Part shown: positions 1 through 12,047 of the stretch, in pieces
How the letters are laid out: each line of letters begins with the position of its first letter
Numbering within the stretch: position 1 is the first letter of the stretch
Source of the DNA: Pirellulales bacterium
GTDB taxonomy: Bacteria > Planctomycetota > Planctomycetia > Pirellulales > JAICIG01
Assembly: GCA_040901675.1 (NCBI GenBank)
Contig: JBBDYJ010000039.1
Location: forward strand, 1 to 64,000
Direction of reading: 5' to 3'
Length of the DNA stretch: 64,000 nucleotides
Position numbers and translations under genes: made by a program
The notes under the pieces: generated by a model
Told to the model about the DNA's origin: nothing
The model's input: only the letters and a program-made list of their open reading frames with translations
Databases searched by the model: none

Positions 1-157
1 AGGACTGGGGCACGCTACGACTCGACTGAGCTCGCCGAAGTCCGCTTTGCCCCAGGCACCCGGCGCGGGGGAAGGCAGAAGGAGGAGGAAGGAGGAAGGA
101 GGAATCGGAACACGGACGAGGACTGGGGCACGCTAACGCTTTGCCCCAGGCACCCGG
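1..157. repeat. Two REP-like palindromic units separated by a purine-rich heptamer tract
   Basis: aggactggggcacgcta...cgctttgccccaggcacccgg occurs at 1-62 and 119-157 (ctggggca/tgccccag arms); gaaggca/gaaggag repeats lie at ~71-105. Confidence 0.7.
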
Positions 158-250
158 TCGCAGGTCACGACGGCACTGCTCCTCGGACGCCGCGGCCGGC
201 GCCCTGCGAAGCAGTGGCACTTGTACTTTTGACCTCTGAACCTCTGACCT

Positions 251-1558
251 TCAGGGGGCCTGCTTTCGGGCGTGCGTGAGTGCCTCGGTCACGATCCGCC
301 AACTCCACAAGAGCAGGGCCAAGACCGCCAGGCAAACCAGCAGCGCCAGCGGCACCAGAAGGCCCTGGTCGAAGAGCGGCACCAGCCAGTCCCAAAGCGG
401 TCTCCAGCCGACGATCACGGCCAGGGTTGCCAGGCAGAGAAACGGTCCATAGGGGAACTCCCGCTCGCGGCGGAGCAGCAGCCTGGCCACTCCCACCACC
501 ACACCGGCGAACGGCGCCAAGAAGAAAATCATCAAGCCGGCCTGCCAGCCCAGAAAACTGCCGATCATCGCCATCAACGTGACGTCGCCAAAACCCATGG
601 CTTCCTTCTTGAGCGCCCAGGTCCCCACGATGCGCACGCCCCATACCAGGCCGCCCGACATGGCCAGCCCCACCAGCGAGGTCAACAGGCCCGCCCAGTT
701 GGGCAGACCGATGAACCATGCCGCCACGATGAAGGTGGTGCCGGCCAGGGCGATCGTCACCAGCAGGGGCCAGACCGGCGACCGCATCGCGTGGGCCACG
801 AGCATCCGCACCGCCGTGTCGAAGCCGCGCGACGGCAGCCACAGCCGCGGCAACAGTGCCAGGCACCAGCCCCAGAAACAAGCCAGGCCCAACAGCAGCG
901 AAATCGGCTGCGGGAAACCCTTCAGAATGGGAGGCCACTGCTCCGGAAACAGACTGGGGAAGACCAGCGTCACGAACTCCACGAACTGAAAGGACGGCTT
1001 GGCCTGCAACCCGCCGGGCATCAGGTTCCAGGTGTACGTTCCCGACAGCACCAGGGCGGCCAGTGTCCCCGGCACCGTGATCGAGTCCGGGATGATCCGG
1101 TCGTCGATGTCGATGAACGAGGCCACCAGCATCAAGAGCACCAACAGCACGTGGCTGGCGTAGACGACGTGCAGAATGGTCCAGGTCTGAATGCTGAATT
1201 CGCCTACCCCGCCCCCGGGCAGCAGGGGTCGGCCCAACAGGCCTTCGTTGCCAATCTCCCACCAGTACAGCCCCGCCACGAGCGCCCCGGTCAACAACTC
1301 GAGGCAGAGCGGCCGCACCCAGAACCGTGGTCCCAGCACGTCGGCCTTGCGAGCCAGGCGCAGCCAGCCCAACACCGGCAGCCGGTCGAGCCAGCGGCTG
1401 CCGCCGTCGCGCGGGTGCAGGGGCGACCAGGGACTGCGGCCTTTGGGCTGCCAGCCCAGCAGGTCGATGGCCAGATTCACCAGCGCGCCGGCCATGACCC
1501 CTGCCAGAAACAGGACGGCCAGGCGGGTCTCCATGGGAATGTCAAGGATCCAGTTCAC
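251..1558 (-). CDS. Prepilin peptidase (A24 family aspartyl peptidase)
   Basis: Multi-TM protein with FIDIDDRIIPD and EAMGFGDVTL motifs and a C-terminal PYGPFL; GTG start overlaps the aroK stop (GTGA). Confidence 0.85.
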   Translation of the reverse strand: MNWILDIPMETRLAVLFLAGVMAGALVNLAIDLLGWQPKGRSPWSPLHPRDGGSRWLDRLPVLGWLRLARKADVLGPRFWVRPLCLELLTGALVAGLYWWEIGNEGLLGRPLLPGGGVGEFSIQTWTILHVVYASHVLLVLLMLVASFIDIDDRIIPDSITVPGTLAALVLSGTYTWNLMPGGLQAKPSFQFVEFVTLVFPSLFPEQWPPILKGFPQPISLLLGLACFWGWCLALLPRLWLPSRGFDTAVRMLVAHAMRSPVWPLLVTIALAGTTFIVAAWFIGLPNWAGLLTSLVGLAMSGGLVWGVRIVGTWALKKEAMGFGDVTLMAMIGSFLGWQAGLMIFFLAPFAGVVVGVARLLLRREREFPYGPFLCLATLAVIVGWRPLWDWLVPLFDQGLLVPLALLVCLAVLALLLWSWRIVTEALTHARKQAP

Positions 1559-2091
1559 GCCGGCTCCGATAGAGTAGAAAGGTGAAGTTGCTCGATAATG
1601 CGGCCCGCCACTTCGGCCGGGCTTCGCCCCTGAGTCTCGATGGCCAGGTCCGCACACTCGCGGTACAGCGGTGCCCGCTGGGCCAAGAGTTCGACGACCT
1701 CCGCTTCGCCCCCGGCCGAGGTCAGCCGGGGCCGGCGCTGGGCATTGGCCCGGTCGGCCTCGATCCGCGCGAGCATCGTGGCCGCGTCGGCCTGCAGCCA
1801 GACCACCTTGCCGGCGGAACGCAACAGAGCGCGGTTGGCGGGCCGCAGCACGGCCCCTCCTCCGGCGGCCAGGACGGTTTTGTCTCGTTCGACGAGCTCG
1901 GCCAGCAGGCTGGACTCCAGGTCTCGGAACCGCTGTTCGCCTTCATCGGCAAAGATGGCGGCGATCGACTTGCCGGCCCGCTCCTCGATCTGGTGGTCCG
2001 CGTCGAGCCAGGGCCACCCCAGCCGGCCGGCCAGCTCACGGGCCACCGTGCTCTTGCCGCTGCCGCGGTAGCCGATCAGAACAATATTCAT
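1555..2091 (-). CDS. aroK: Shikimate kinase
   Basis: MNIVLIGYRGSGKST P-loop, D-x-D, GGG and RPRL motifs; adjacent to aroE. Confidence 0.95.
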   Translation of the reverse strand: MNIVLIGYRGSGKSTVARELAGRLGWPWLDADHQIEERAGKSIAAIFADEGEQRFRDLESSLLAELVERDKTVLAAGGGAVLRPANRALLRSAGKVVWLQADAATMLARIEADRANAQRRPRLTSAGGEAEVVELLAQRAPLYRECADLAIETQGRSPAEVAGRIIEQLHLSTLSEPA

Positions 2092-2092
2092 T

Positions 2093-3580
2093 TCAATACT
2101 TGGCCGGTCCGATCGCCCGCTTCAGCACGTCGCGCATCAGGTCCGCCGGGGCATCCTGGCCGGTAAACAACTTGAACTGCAGGGCGGCCTGGCGGATGAA
2201 CATTTCCACGCCGGTGATCACGTTGGCGCCGCGGGCCCGCGCATCCTTGACCAATAGCGTACTCTCCGGATTGTACACCGTGTCGAAGACCAGCAGCGAC
2301 GGCTTCATGTAATGTTTGTCGTAGGGCGTCTCGTCGACGTGGGGGTGCATTCCGACCGGGGTGCAGTTGACCAGGACGTCGATCCAGAAGTTGTGCCGCA
2401 ATCCCCAGTCGACCGCCTTGGCGCCCAGCGCCTCGGCCAGCCGATCGGCCCTTTCCCGCGTCCGGCTGGCGACCACCACCTCCGCTCCGCGGCGCAGCAG
2501 TCCAAAGGCAATCGCTTTGGCCGCTCCACCGGCCCCCAGCACGAGCGTCACCTTGCCGGCCAGGTCTGGCCGCTGATTGGCCCTTTCGCTCAAGGCCGCC
2601 GCCAGGCTGTCCATGGCCCCCCGGTAGTCGGTGTTGAACCCGGCGATCTCGTCTCCCTCGAACAGCAGCGTGTTGGCCGCACCCACGCCGCGGACCGCCC
2701 CGTCCATGCGCGTGAGCACCTTGAGCACCGCCTCCTTGTGCGGGATGGTCACGCTCAGCCCCTTGATGCCCAGTTCGCTCGCATCGTCCAAAAAGCTGTT
2801 GAGATCCTCGCGCGGCATTCGGAAGGGAAGGTAGACCTTGTTCATGCCCAGGTGATGAAAGGCCGCATTATGGATCAGCGGGCTGAGGCTGTGCCCGATC
2901 GGGTCGCCGATGACGCCATAGACCTCGGTATCGGCGTTGATCTCATCGTAGCGGTAGACCTCGTTCATCTGCTGGAAGCTGAGCTGCCCCGGTGCCAAGG
3001 CGCGTTCGTGATGGAAGGTGGCGTAGGTGAACGGCGCGCCGCAGCGGCCGGCCAGAAGCCGCGACGGGGTGCCGATGTCGCCCATGCAGATTCCCACGGT
3101 CGGCACGGGGCTTTGCTCAACGAGCCGCAGCATCCGCAGGTTGTCGTGCGGGTGGTTGGCCATCGTCGAGATCTTGACCACGTCGGCGTCCAGGGCCGCC
3201 AGCCGGGCATGGATCTGTTCCAGGTCGTCGGGCGTCTTGCGGAAGTCGTGCAGGCTCACGATCCGCCTGGTCTTGCCGTACCGAGGAATCGTCGTGGCAA
3301 TGTCCTCCTCCAGGTCCACGTACTCCACCCCCTCGGCGATCGCGGTCCGCAACAGCATCTGCCGCTCGGCCTCGCTGCCGGCGTATTTGCCTCCGTCCTG
3401 CGGCCGCCGCAGCGTCACGATCACCGGGCAAGGCCGGTCGGGCAGCACCCGCTTGAGGTTGACCTGGCCGTTGATGTAGTCGAGCCGCAGCTCGACCAGC
3501 TTGGCCCCCTGCTCCACCAGGTGCTTGTGCTCCGCGATCACATGCCGATGCCGGCCGCGTCCGATGCTTACACAGATCAT
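2093..3580 (-). CDS. aroE: Bifunctional type I 3-dehydroquinase / shikimate dehydrogenase
   Basis: N-terminal ELRLD...SLHDF...APGQ (DHQase I); C-terminal HSLSP, SVTIPHK, NTD and GAGGAA (shikimate DH); start taken at MICVSIG. Confidence 0.92.
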   Translation of the reverse strand: MICVSIGRGRHRHVIAEHKHLVEQGAKLVELRLDYINGQVNLKRVLPDRPCPVIVTLRRPQDGGKYAGSEAERQMLLRTAIAEGVEYVDLEEDIATTIPRYGKTRRIVSLHDFRKTPDDLEQIHARLAALDADVVKISTMANHPHDNLRMLRLVEQSPVPTVGICMGDIGTPSRLLAGRCGAPFTYATFHHERALAPGQLSFQQMNEVYRYDEINADTEVYGVIGDPIGHSLSPLIHNAAFHHLGMNKVYLPFRMPREDLNSFLDDASELGIKGLSVTIPHKEAVLKVLTRMDGAVRGVGAANTLLFEGDEIAGFNTDYRGAMDSLAAALSERANQRPDLAGKVTLVLGAGGAAKAIAFGLLRRGAEVVVASRTRERADRLAEALGAKAVDWGLRHNFWIDVLVNCTPVGMHPHVDETPYDKHYMKPSLLVFDTVYNPESTLLVKDARARGANVITGVEMFIRQAALQFKLFTGQDAPADLMRDVLKRAIGPAKY

Positions 3581-3612
3581 AGTCAGCGAGTCGTGGTTGC
3601 CATGAATGACCT

Positions 3613-5612
3613 CTACGTGCGTTTGAACTGCCTGTCGAGGTCTTCGCGGGTAAACAACAGCGCCGTGGGCCGCCCGTGCGGGCAGTGGTGCGTGTCGCGG
3701 GCCAGGTGCCTCTGCTGGAGCAAGGCCTCGATTTCGTCGGCCGAGAGCCGGTCGCCGGCCTTGATCGCCGCCTTGCAAGCGAACATGTGCAACAGCTCGT
3801 CGACCAGGTCGCGCTCGTCGGGCGGGCGGCCGTTGCCGACCAGGTGCTCGACCACCCGGCGAAGGATGTCGGCGACACCGCTGCCCATCAACATGGCCGG
3901 ATAGCTCGAGACCAGCACCGTATCGCCTCCAAACGGCTCGACGACCACACCCAGCCGGGCCAGCAGTTGGCGTTGTTCGAGCACCGCCGCCGCCTCGGCC
4001 GCGCTCAAGTCGACCGGCTCGGGCACCAGCAGCGCCTGCGACTCGAGCGTCCCGGCCAGCACCGTCTCCCGCAGTTGCTCGTACAGAATCCGCTCGTGCA
4101 GCGCATGCTGATCGATGACCAATACTCCCTCTTCGCTCTCCGCGAGCAGGTAGCGGTCGTGCACCTGCAAGGCCGCCACCCGTCCGGTGCGGCCGTTGGC
4201 GGGCTCGGCGCCGGCCGCCTCCTGGTTGCCGGCGGCCGAATGCGGACGGTGCGCCGCCGCCGCTCGCGCGGGGTCCAAGCGGTTGAGTTTCAACGGCTCA
4301 CCGGCGGGCTCGGGCATGTTGAGCTCGAAGCGTCCCTGCTGTGCATGGCCGAATCCCGCAGGCATGGCGAAGCTCGATGCGCCAAAGCCCGCTGTGCCTG
4401 CCGCCGGCTGCGCGGGCGGCCCCATCTGCCCCGGATCCTGCCCGCCGCCATCCATGGGCCCGGCCGCCGCGCCCTGCTCGAGCGACGTGCCCTCGCCGCC
4501 CTGCCAGCCGGCCACCTGCCCCTTGGCCCAGTCGACCAGCTCGCCGCGCAACTGGGCGGCCCGCGCGGGGTCGTGTGCCTGGGCCGCCTCGGGCGCGTGG
4601 GCTGGATTCAGCCGATGGGTGAGATCGGTGGTCAAGAATCGGGTCCGCAGCGTTCCCAAGAGTTGGCTATACAGCCGGCCGCCGTCCTGGAAGCGGACCT
4701 CGAGCTTGGTGGGGTGTACGTTGACGTCGACCAACTCGGGCGGCATCTCGATCCGCAAGAAAGATACTGGAAACCTGCCGGTCAGCAGCAGGCCTCGGTA
4801 GGCCTCGCCCAGGGCGTGCGAGAGCGAGCGGTCGCGGATCGATCGGCCGTTGAGAAACAGGTATTGCATGCGGGCGTTGGGGCGGCTCTGGTTGGGATGT
4901 CCGACGTAGCCGGCCAGCCGCACCTCGCCGTCGGAGCTTTGCACCCACAACAGGTCGTCGGCCAGCTCGCGGCCGAAAAAGTGCCCGATGCGTTCGCGCC
5001 AATCGCCGGCGGGCGGCAGCTCATGCACGGTCCGCCGGTTGTGCTTGAGCGTCATGTGCACCGCCGGATGGGCCAGCGCCAGCCGGATGAAGCTCTCGCT
5101 GACGTGGCCAACCTCGGTCTGGATCGAGCGCAGGAACTTCCGCCGCACGGGCGTGTTGAAGAACAGGTTGCGGACCTCGACCGCGGTTCCCGCCGGGCAG
5201 CCGCAGGGGGTCACCGCCGACGCCTGCCCGGCGGCCACCTCGATCTCGGCGCCGCTGTCGCCCTCGCGGGGCCGGCTGCGGAGCGTGAGCCGGCTCACCT
5301 CGGCCATGGAGGCCAGCGCCTCGCCGCGAAATCCCAGCGTGCGGACGCGGAACAGGTCGTCGGCCACGACCAGCTTGCTGGTGGCGTGGCTGGCCACCGC
5401 CAGGGGCAACTCGCCGGCCGGTATGCCGGCGCCGTCATCGACGACGCGCACCAGCTCGCTGCCCCCCTGCTCCAGCGAGACGTCGATGCGCGTGGCGCCG
5501 GCGTCCAGCGAGTTCTCCATCAGCTCCTTGACCAGGCTGGCGGGCCGCTCGATGACCTCACCGGCCGCGATCTTGTTGACGACGCTGGCGGGAAGTTGCT
5601 GGATGCAAGGCA

Positions 5613-5613
<1 letters not shown>
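3613..5613 (-). CDS. mutL: DNA mismatch repair endonuclease MutL
   Basis: IAAGEVIERPAS, GFRGEAL, DVNVHPTK, DQHALHERILYE, ACKAAIK and CPHGRP motifs. Confidence 0.97.
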
Positions 5614-7028
<1,415 letters not shown>

Positions 7029-7191
7029 ACAAGCTGGGGGCTGGACGGTGAAGGGAGGGGGGCGGAAGCAGACGGAGGAAGGAGGAAGGCAGAAGGAGGA
7101 AGGCAGAAGTCAGAGGTTCGTGGGCGGTGGTTCGTGGGCAGGGTGATGAGGCGAGGAGGTCAAGCCAGAAGGTCAGGAGGCAATGGCGGTC

Positions 7192-7980
7192 CTATTCCTC
7201 CTTCCTCCTTCTTCCTTCCTCCTTGCGGGTCGCGGGGAGGCGGGGGGGGACGGGAAGCTCGACGGTGAAGTGGGTGCCGGTGCCGGGCTTGCTCTCGACG
7301 GCAATCCGGCCGCCGTGCGCCTCGACGATCTTGCGCGTCGTGGGCAGCCCCAGCCCGGAGCCGCCAGGCTTGGTCGAATAAAAAGCGTCGAAAATCTGGG
7401 CCTGCGTGTGCTCGTCCATCCCCGAACCGGTGTCGATCAAGTGCAGTGCCACGCCGCGGGGCGTGGCCGTGGTCCGCACCGTCAGTTGACCGCCGCCGGG
7501 CATCGCCTGCTGCGCGTTGAGCACCAGGTTCACCAAAGCCCCGCGGAAGGCCTCGCGGTCCAATAACACGCCGGGCAGATCGGAGGCCAGGTAGGGGAGC
7601 ACCTCCATCTTCGACTCGGCGAACCGCGGCTTGAAGAAATCGAGCACCTGCCGCACCTGCTCGTTCAAATCGGTCGGCTCCAGCCGAAGCTGCCGGACCT
7701 TGGCGAAATTCAGAAAGTCGTTGAGCAGGTCCTCGAGCCGCTGGCACTCGCGCTGCACCACCGCCACCTTCGCGAGCGCGCGGCGGCAACCGGCCGAGTC
7801 CTCCTCTTGCTCCAGGTCCTCGGCCAACAGCTCCATGTTCAGCCGGATCGTCGACAGCGGGTTCTTGATCTCGTGCGCCAGGCCTCCCGCCAGGCGCGCA
7901 ATCTCCGTGTACTGGTCGACCAGCTTCTGGTTGACCTGGGCCGCCGTCGGCTGATCCGTTGGCTGATCCGGCTTGATCAA
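7192..7980 (-). CDS. Soluble histidine kinase (HisKA + HATPase, no obvious sensor domain)
   Basis: AHEIKNPL H-box, NLVLNA, DTGSG, FYSTK and GSGLGL; start uncertain (TTG 7980, or 8028 overlapping pnp). Confidence 0.9.
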   Translation of the reverse strand: MIKPDQPTDQPTAAQVNQKLVDQYTEIARLAGGLAHEIKNPLSTIRLNMELLAEDLEQEEDSAGCRRALAKVAVVQRECQRLEDLLNDFLNFAKVRQLRLEPTDLNEQVRQVLDFFKPRFAESKMEVLPYLASDLPGVLLDREAFRGALVNLVLNAQQAMPGGGQLTVRTTATPRGVALHLIDTGSGMDEHTQAQIFDAFYSTKPGGSGLGLPTTRKIVEAHGGRIAVESKPGTGTHFTVELPVPPRLPATRKEEGRRRKEE

Positions 7981-7984
7981 GCTG

Positions 7985-10105
7985 CTACGGTTGGGTTGCG
8001 CTTTCGCTGCCCTGCTCTGCCATCTCACGCATCGCCACCCGCCGGCTCAGCTTCACGCGGTCCTGGTCGTCGATGGCGATGACCTTGACCAGCATCTCGT
8101 CGCCCACCTTGCAGACGTCGGCCACGCTGTTGACGTAGCCGTCGGACAGCTCGCTGATGTGGCACAGCCCGTCCTTGCCCGGCAGGATCTCCACGAAGGC
8201 GCCGAAGTCCTTGACGCTGGTAACGCGGCCTTCGTAGATCTTGCCCACCTTGACGCTTTCGGTCAGCGCCTCGACCCGCCGCATGGCGGCGGCCGCCGAC
8301 TCGGCGTTGTGGCTGGCCACGGTCACGGTGCCGTCGTCCTCGACCTCGATCACCGCCCCGGTCATCTCCTGGATGCCGCGGATGGTCTTGCCGCCCGGGC
8401 CGATGAGCATGCCGATCTTCTCCGGGTTGATCCGCGTCCGCAGCAGCCGCGGGGCCCAGACCGAGATCGCCTCGTTGGGCCGCGGGATGGCCGTCAGCAT
8501 GCTCCGCAGGATCTGGATCCGCGCCTCGCGGGATTGGGCCATCGTGGCGCGGATGATCTCGGCGCTGATGCCGTCGATCTTCAGGTCGAGCTGGATGCCG
8601 GTGATGCCGTTCTGCGTGCCGGCGATCTTGAAGTCCATGTCGCCGTGGTGGTCCTCGTCGCCGATGATGTCGGTCAAGAGCACCCAACGGTCGTCGGCCT
8701 CCTTGACCAGGCCCACCGAGATGCCCGCCACCGGGTTGCTGATCGGCACGCCGGCGGCCATCAGCCCCAACGTGGCGCCGCAGACGCTGGCCATCGAGCT
8801 GGAGCCGTTCGATTCGAGGATGTCGGAGATCACGCGGATCGTGTAGGGAAACTCCTCCGGATCGGGCAGCACCGGCTTGACGCTCCGCTCGGCCAGCGCT
8901 CCGTGGCCGATTTCGCGGCGGCCGGGGCCGCGGATCGGGCGGACCTCGCCCACCGAGAAGGACGGGAAGTAGTAGTCGAGCATGAATTTCTTGGAGTATT
9001 CCTCGATCAACCCGTCGACGCGCTGCTCGTCGCGGTTGGTGCCCAGCGTGACGGTGATCAGCGCCTGGGTCTCGCCCCGCTGGAACAAGGCGGAGCCATG
9101 GACCCGCGGCAGCACGTCGACCTGGCACTCGATCTGGCGCAGGCTCTTGGCGTCGCGGCCGTCGGGGCGCGTGCCGGCCAGGATCAGGTCGCGGACCACC
9201 CGCTGCTCCAGGTCGTGCCAGGCCCGCTGGAAACGGTGGGGATCGGCGGCCAGAACGTCAGCCATCTCGGTCGCCATCTCCAGGGCGGCCTGCTGTTTCA
9301 GGGCGGCGACCGCCTCGGACCGAGCCTGCTTGCCCACGGTCTGCTTGGCCGACTTGAAGGGGTCGTAGTAGCGGGCCTTGAGGCGCTCGTAGGCGCCGTC
9401 CGGCGGCGGGATTTCGTACTGCTTCTTCTCGACGCCCACCTTCTCGAAAAGCTCGATTTGCAGGGCGCACAGCTCGCGGATCACCCGGTGGCTCTCGGCC
9501 ACGGCCTCCAGCATCTGCTCTTCGGGCATCTCGCGGGCGAAGCCTTCGATCATCAGCACGGCCTGCTGGCTGCCCGACACGATCAGGTCCAGGTCGCTCA
9601 CTTCCAGCTCGTCCTGGGTCGGAAACGGCACGAACCGCCCGTCGATGTGGCCCATGCGGACCGAGGCGATCGGACCGGCGAAGGGGAGCGGCGAAAGACC
9701 CAACGATGCCGAGGCCCCGTTCATCGCCAGCACGTCGCCGTCGCTCTGGCGGTCGCTGGCCATCACGAAGCTCTGGATCTGGACCTCGTCGTGGAACCAG
9801 TCCGGAAACAACGGCCGGATCGGCCGATCCATGAGACGCGACGTGAGCGTCTCTTTCATCGTGGGGCGGCCTTCGCGCTTCAAGAAGCCGCCCGGAAACT
9901 TGCCGGCGGCGGCCGTGCGCTCGCGGTAGTCGCAGGTCAAGGGAAAGAAGTCGATTCCCGGCCGCGGCGGGCCGGTCGCGGCGGCCGTGAGCACGACCGT
10001 TTCTCCGTACTGCACGAGGCAACTGCCGTGACTTTGCTTGGCCAGGACCCCGGTTTCAATAGAAAAAATGCTCGACCCGATCTGTTTCTCGACACGTACT
10101 TTCAA
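7985..10105 (-). CDS. pnp: Polyribonucleotide nucleotidyltransferase
   Basis: FFPLTCDYRE, RREIGHG, SNGSSSMAS and GDMDFK motifs with KH and S1 domains; TTG start with a purine-rich SD. Confidence 0.97.
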   Translation of the reverse strand: MKVRVEKQIGSSIFSIETGVLAKQSHGSCLVQYGETVVLTAAATGPPRPGIDFFPLTCDYRERTAAAGKFPGGFLKREGRPTMKETLTSRLMDRPIRPLFPDWFHDEVQIQSFVMASDRQSDGDVLAMNGASASLGLSPLPFAGPIASVRMGHIDGRFVPFPTQDELEVSDLDLIVSGSQQAVLMIEGFAREMPEEQMLEAVAESHRVIRELCALQIELFEKVGVEKKQYEIPPPDGAYERLKARYYDPFKSAKQTVGKQARSEAVAALKQQAALEMATEMADVLAADPHRFQRAWHDLEQRVVRDLILAGTRPDGRDAKSLRQIECQVDVLPRVHGSALFQRGETQALITVTLGTNRDEQRVDGLIEEYSKKFMLDYYFPSFSVGEVRPIRGPGRREIGHGALAERSVKPVLPDPEEFPYTIRVISDILESNGSSSMASVCGATLGLMAAGVPISNPVAGISVGLVKEADDRWVLLTDIIGDEDHHGDMDFKIAGTQNGITGIQLDLKIDGISAEIIRATMAQSREARIQILRSMLTAIPRPNEAISVWAPRLLRTRINPEKIGMLIGPGGKTIRGIQEMTGAVIEVEDDGTVTVASHNAESAAAAMRRVEALTESVKVGKIYEGRVTSVKDFGAFVEILPGKDGLCHISELSDGYVNSVADVCKVGDEMLVKVIAIDDQDRVKLSRRVAMREMAEQGSESATQP

Positions 10106-10352
10106 GGCTTGATTCCTACCTTTTTCCACGTCCCAGCGGCGAGCAAGGGCTGCCGGACGCCGTAAGCGGCGTCGAGGGGGCCTGAAGAAGAGAGTGCGGC
10201 TCGTCGGGCGTGCCATTGCGAGGGCTATCGCCCCTTGGCGGCGCGCTTCCAGACAGGGATTCCAGGTCCAATTCAGGGATCACGCGCCGACGTGGCGTGT
10301 CCGCCGGCCGGGCAATCGACAGGGCACGGCCCGGCCAGACACGCTTGGGAGG

Positions 10353-10622
10353 CTACTTGCGGATATCGAGGCGCCGAATGATGTCCAAATAGCGCTGCGG
10401 ACTGACCTTTTTCAGGTAATCCAACAGGCGGCGCCGGCGACTGACCATCATCAAAAGACCCCGCCGGCTGGCGAAGTCCTTGCTGTGCGTCCGCAGGTGC
10501 TCGGTCAACTCCCCAATCCTGGTGGTCAGGATGGCGATTTGGATCTCCGGCGACCCGGTGTCGTTGTCACCGCGCCGGAAGTCCCCGATCAGTCCCTGTT
10601 TTCGCTCTTTGGTAATAGCCAT
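10353..10622 (-). CDS. rpsO: 30S ribosomal protein S15
   Basis: DTGSPEIQIAILT...HSKDFASRRGLL; canonical rpsO-pnp order. Confidence 0.97.
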   Translation of the reverse strand: MAITKERKQGLIGDFRRGDNDTGSPEIQIAILTTRIGELTEHLRTHSKDFASRRGLLMMVSRRRRLLDYLKKVSPQRYLDIIRRLDIRK

Positions 10623-10769
10623 TCTGAAACCGCAGTATCTCTCACGTTGGTCGGCTCCAATCCGTGGCCTTGACCGACCCCAATCTTCAAACAACCCGTT
10701 TACCGACCTCTTGGTCTTGCCTAGCTGGGACTCTACCTACGTATATGGTTCACAACAACTTAAGGTCCG

Positions 10770-10797
10770 AATTTACCATTGTCCGGCTTTTTTGCAA
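10770..10797 (-). promoter_or_regulatory. Possible sigma70-type promoter for rpsO
   Basis: Minus strand reads TTGCAA-N16-TAAATT with TG just upstream of the -10, in an AT-rich intergenic region. Confidence 0.35.
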
Positions 10798-10871
10798 CCC
10801 ACAATTTTGGCTGGCTTTTTTTGACGGGCGGAGTGGGTTTGGCTGCCCCCGGGGGGTGGATTCCGGGGGGT

Positions 10872-12047
10872 TTAGCCGGCGAGCTTCCGCCGCGCGGGCA
10901 CGTCGTGGACCACGTCCCAAGCCAGGCCGAGCTTTTCCATCACGCAAATCGCCCAGTACGTCATGTCGATTTCCCACCACCTGTGGCCGTGCCGGGCCAT
11001 CCGCTGGAAAGCGTGGTGGTTGTTGTGCCAGCCTTCGCCGTATGCCAACAGCCCTACCCACCAGAGGTTGCGGCTGTCGTCGCTCGTCTCGTAGTTGCGG
11101 TATCCCCACAAGTGGGTGGCCGAGTTGACGAACCAGGTCACGTGCAGCACGCCGATCAGGCGGACGAACATCCCCCAAACGACGAACGAGATCCCCGTGT
11201 GCAGGTCCCAGCCGAAATAGCCGATTGTTAGCAGCAGCGCCCCCAAGGCGAGGTGGCTGGGCAGGAACATCTTGTGCAGCAGGTGCATGCCGGGGTCCCT
11301 GGCGAGGTCCGGTGCATAGCGGTCGTGCAGTTCCTGGTAGTATTTCCTGCCGAACTTGGGCATGAACCAGAGCATGTGGCTCCAGAGCCCGCCGTCGTGC
11401 GGCGAATGCGGATCGCCTTCCTGGTCGCTGAAGGCGTGGTGCTTGCGGTGGTTGGCCACCCAGGTGATCGCCGATCCCTCTCCCGACAGCCCGCCCAGCA
11501 TCGCCAGCAGCCAACGCACCGGCCGGTAGGTCGAAAAACTTCCGTGCGTCAACTGGCGATGATAGCCGAGGCAGACGCCGATTCCGCCCGTCATCCAATG
11601 CAAGAATGCCATCAGGGCCAGCGCCTTGAAGGTGAAGAAGAATGGGGCCGCCAGCAGGCCCACGTGGATGGCCCCGATCCAGATGACGTTGGTCCAATCA
11701 AGACCCTTCGACCAGCGCTGGCCGGCCTGGTACGGATCGTGCTTGGATTGGGCCTGCTCGGTCTGGGCTTGCCGGGATTGGGAGGCGATCGACTCCTCGT
11801 GCGCTGCATGGTCTGTTCCAGGCGCGGCGGCGGACACTGCCTCGGCCGTGGCCGGCAACAGCGTTAAGCTGTCGGCCCCAAACTCAATCGCTCCAGTCGC
11901 GCTGGCTGTTCCCGCGATAGCTGGCCCCGTGATAGCTGGTCCAGTCGTGATAGCTGGCCCAGTCGTGATAGCGGGCATAGTCATCGGCGTCTCCTCTCCG
12001 ACTCGCTTGCGGCATTCGTTGTTTGCCGTTTCCTCGGCCAGGTCCAT
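10872..12047 (-). CDS. Delta-9-type fatty acid (acyl-CoA/acyl-lipid) desaturase
   Basis: His boxes HRQLTH, HRKHH and HNNHH; DPHSP, NSATH and GEGW; start uncertain (11984 possible). Confidence 0.92.
   Translation of the reverse strand: MDLAEETANNECRKRVGEETPMTMPAITTGPAITTGPAITGPAIAGTASATGAIEFGADSLTLLPATAEAVSAAAPGTDHAAHEESIASQSRQAQTEQAQSKHDPYQAGQRWSKGLDWTNVIWIGAIHVGLLAAPFFFTFKALALMAFLHWMTGGIGVCLGYHRQLTHGSFSTYRPVRWLLAMLGGLSGEGSAITWVANHRKHHAFSDQEGDPHSPHDGGLWSHMLWFMPKFGRKYYQELHDRYAPDLARDPGMHLLHKMFLPSHLALGALLLTIGYFGWDLHTGISFVVWGMFVRLIGVLHVTWFVNSATHLWGYRNYETSDDSRNLWWVGLLAYGEGWHNNHHAFQRMARHGHRWWEIDMTYWAICVMEKLGLAWDVVHDVPARRKLAG

Noticed and set aside
7973..10165. Long antisense and alternative-frame ORFs (e.g. 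730 aa opposite pnp, 729 aa at 16754, 672 aa at 42536)
   Set aside because: Shadow ORFs expected in high-GC DNA; they overlap well-supported genes and have no recognisable motifs
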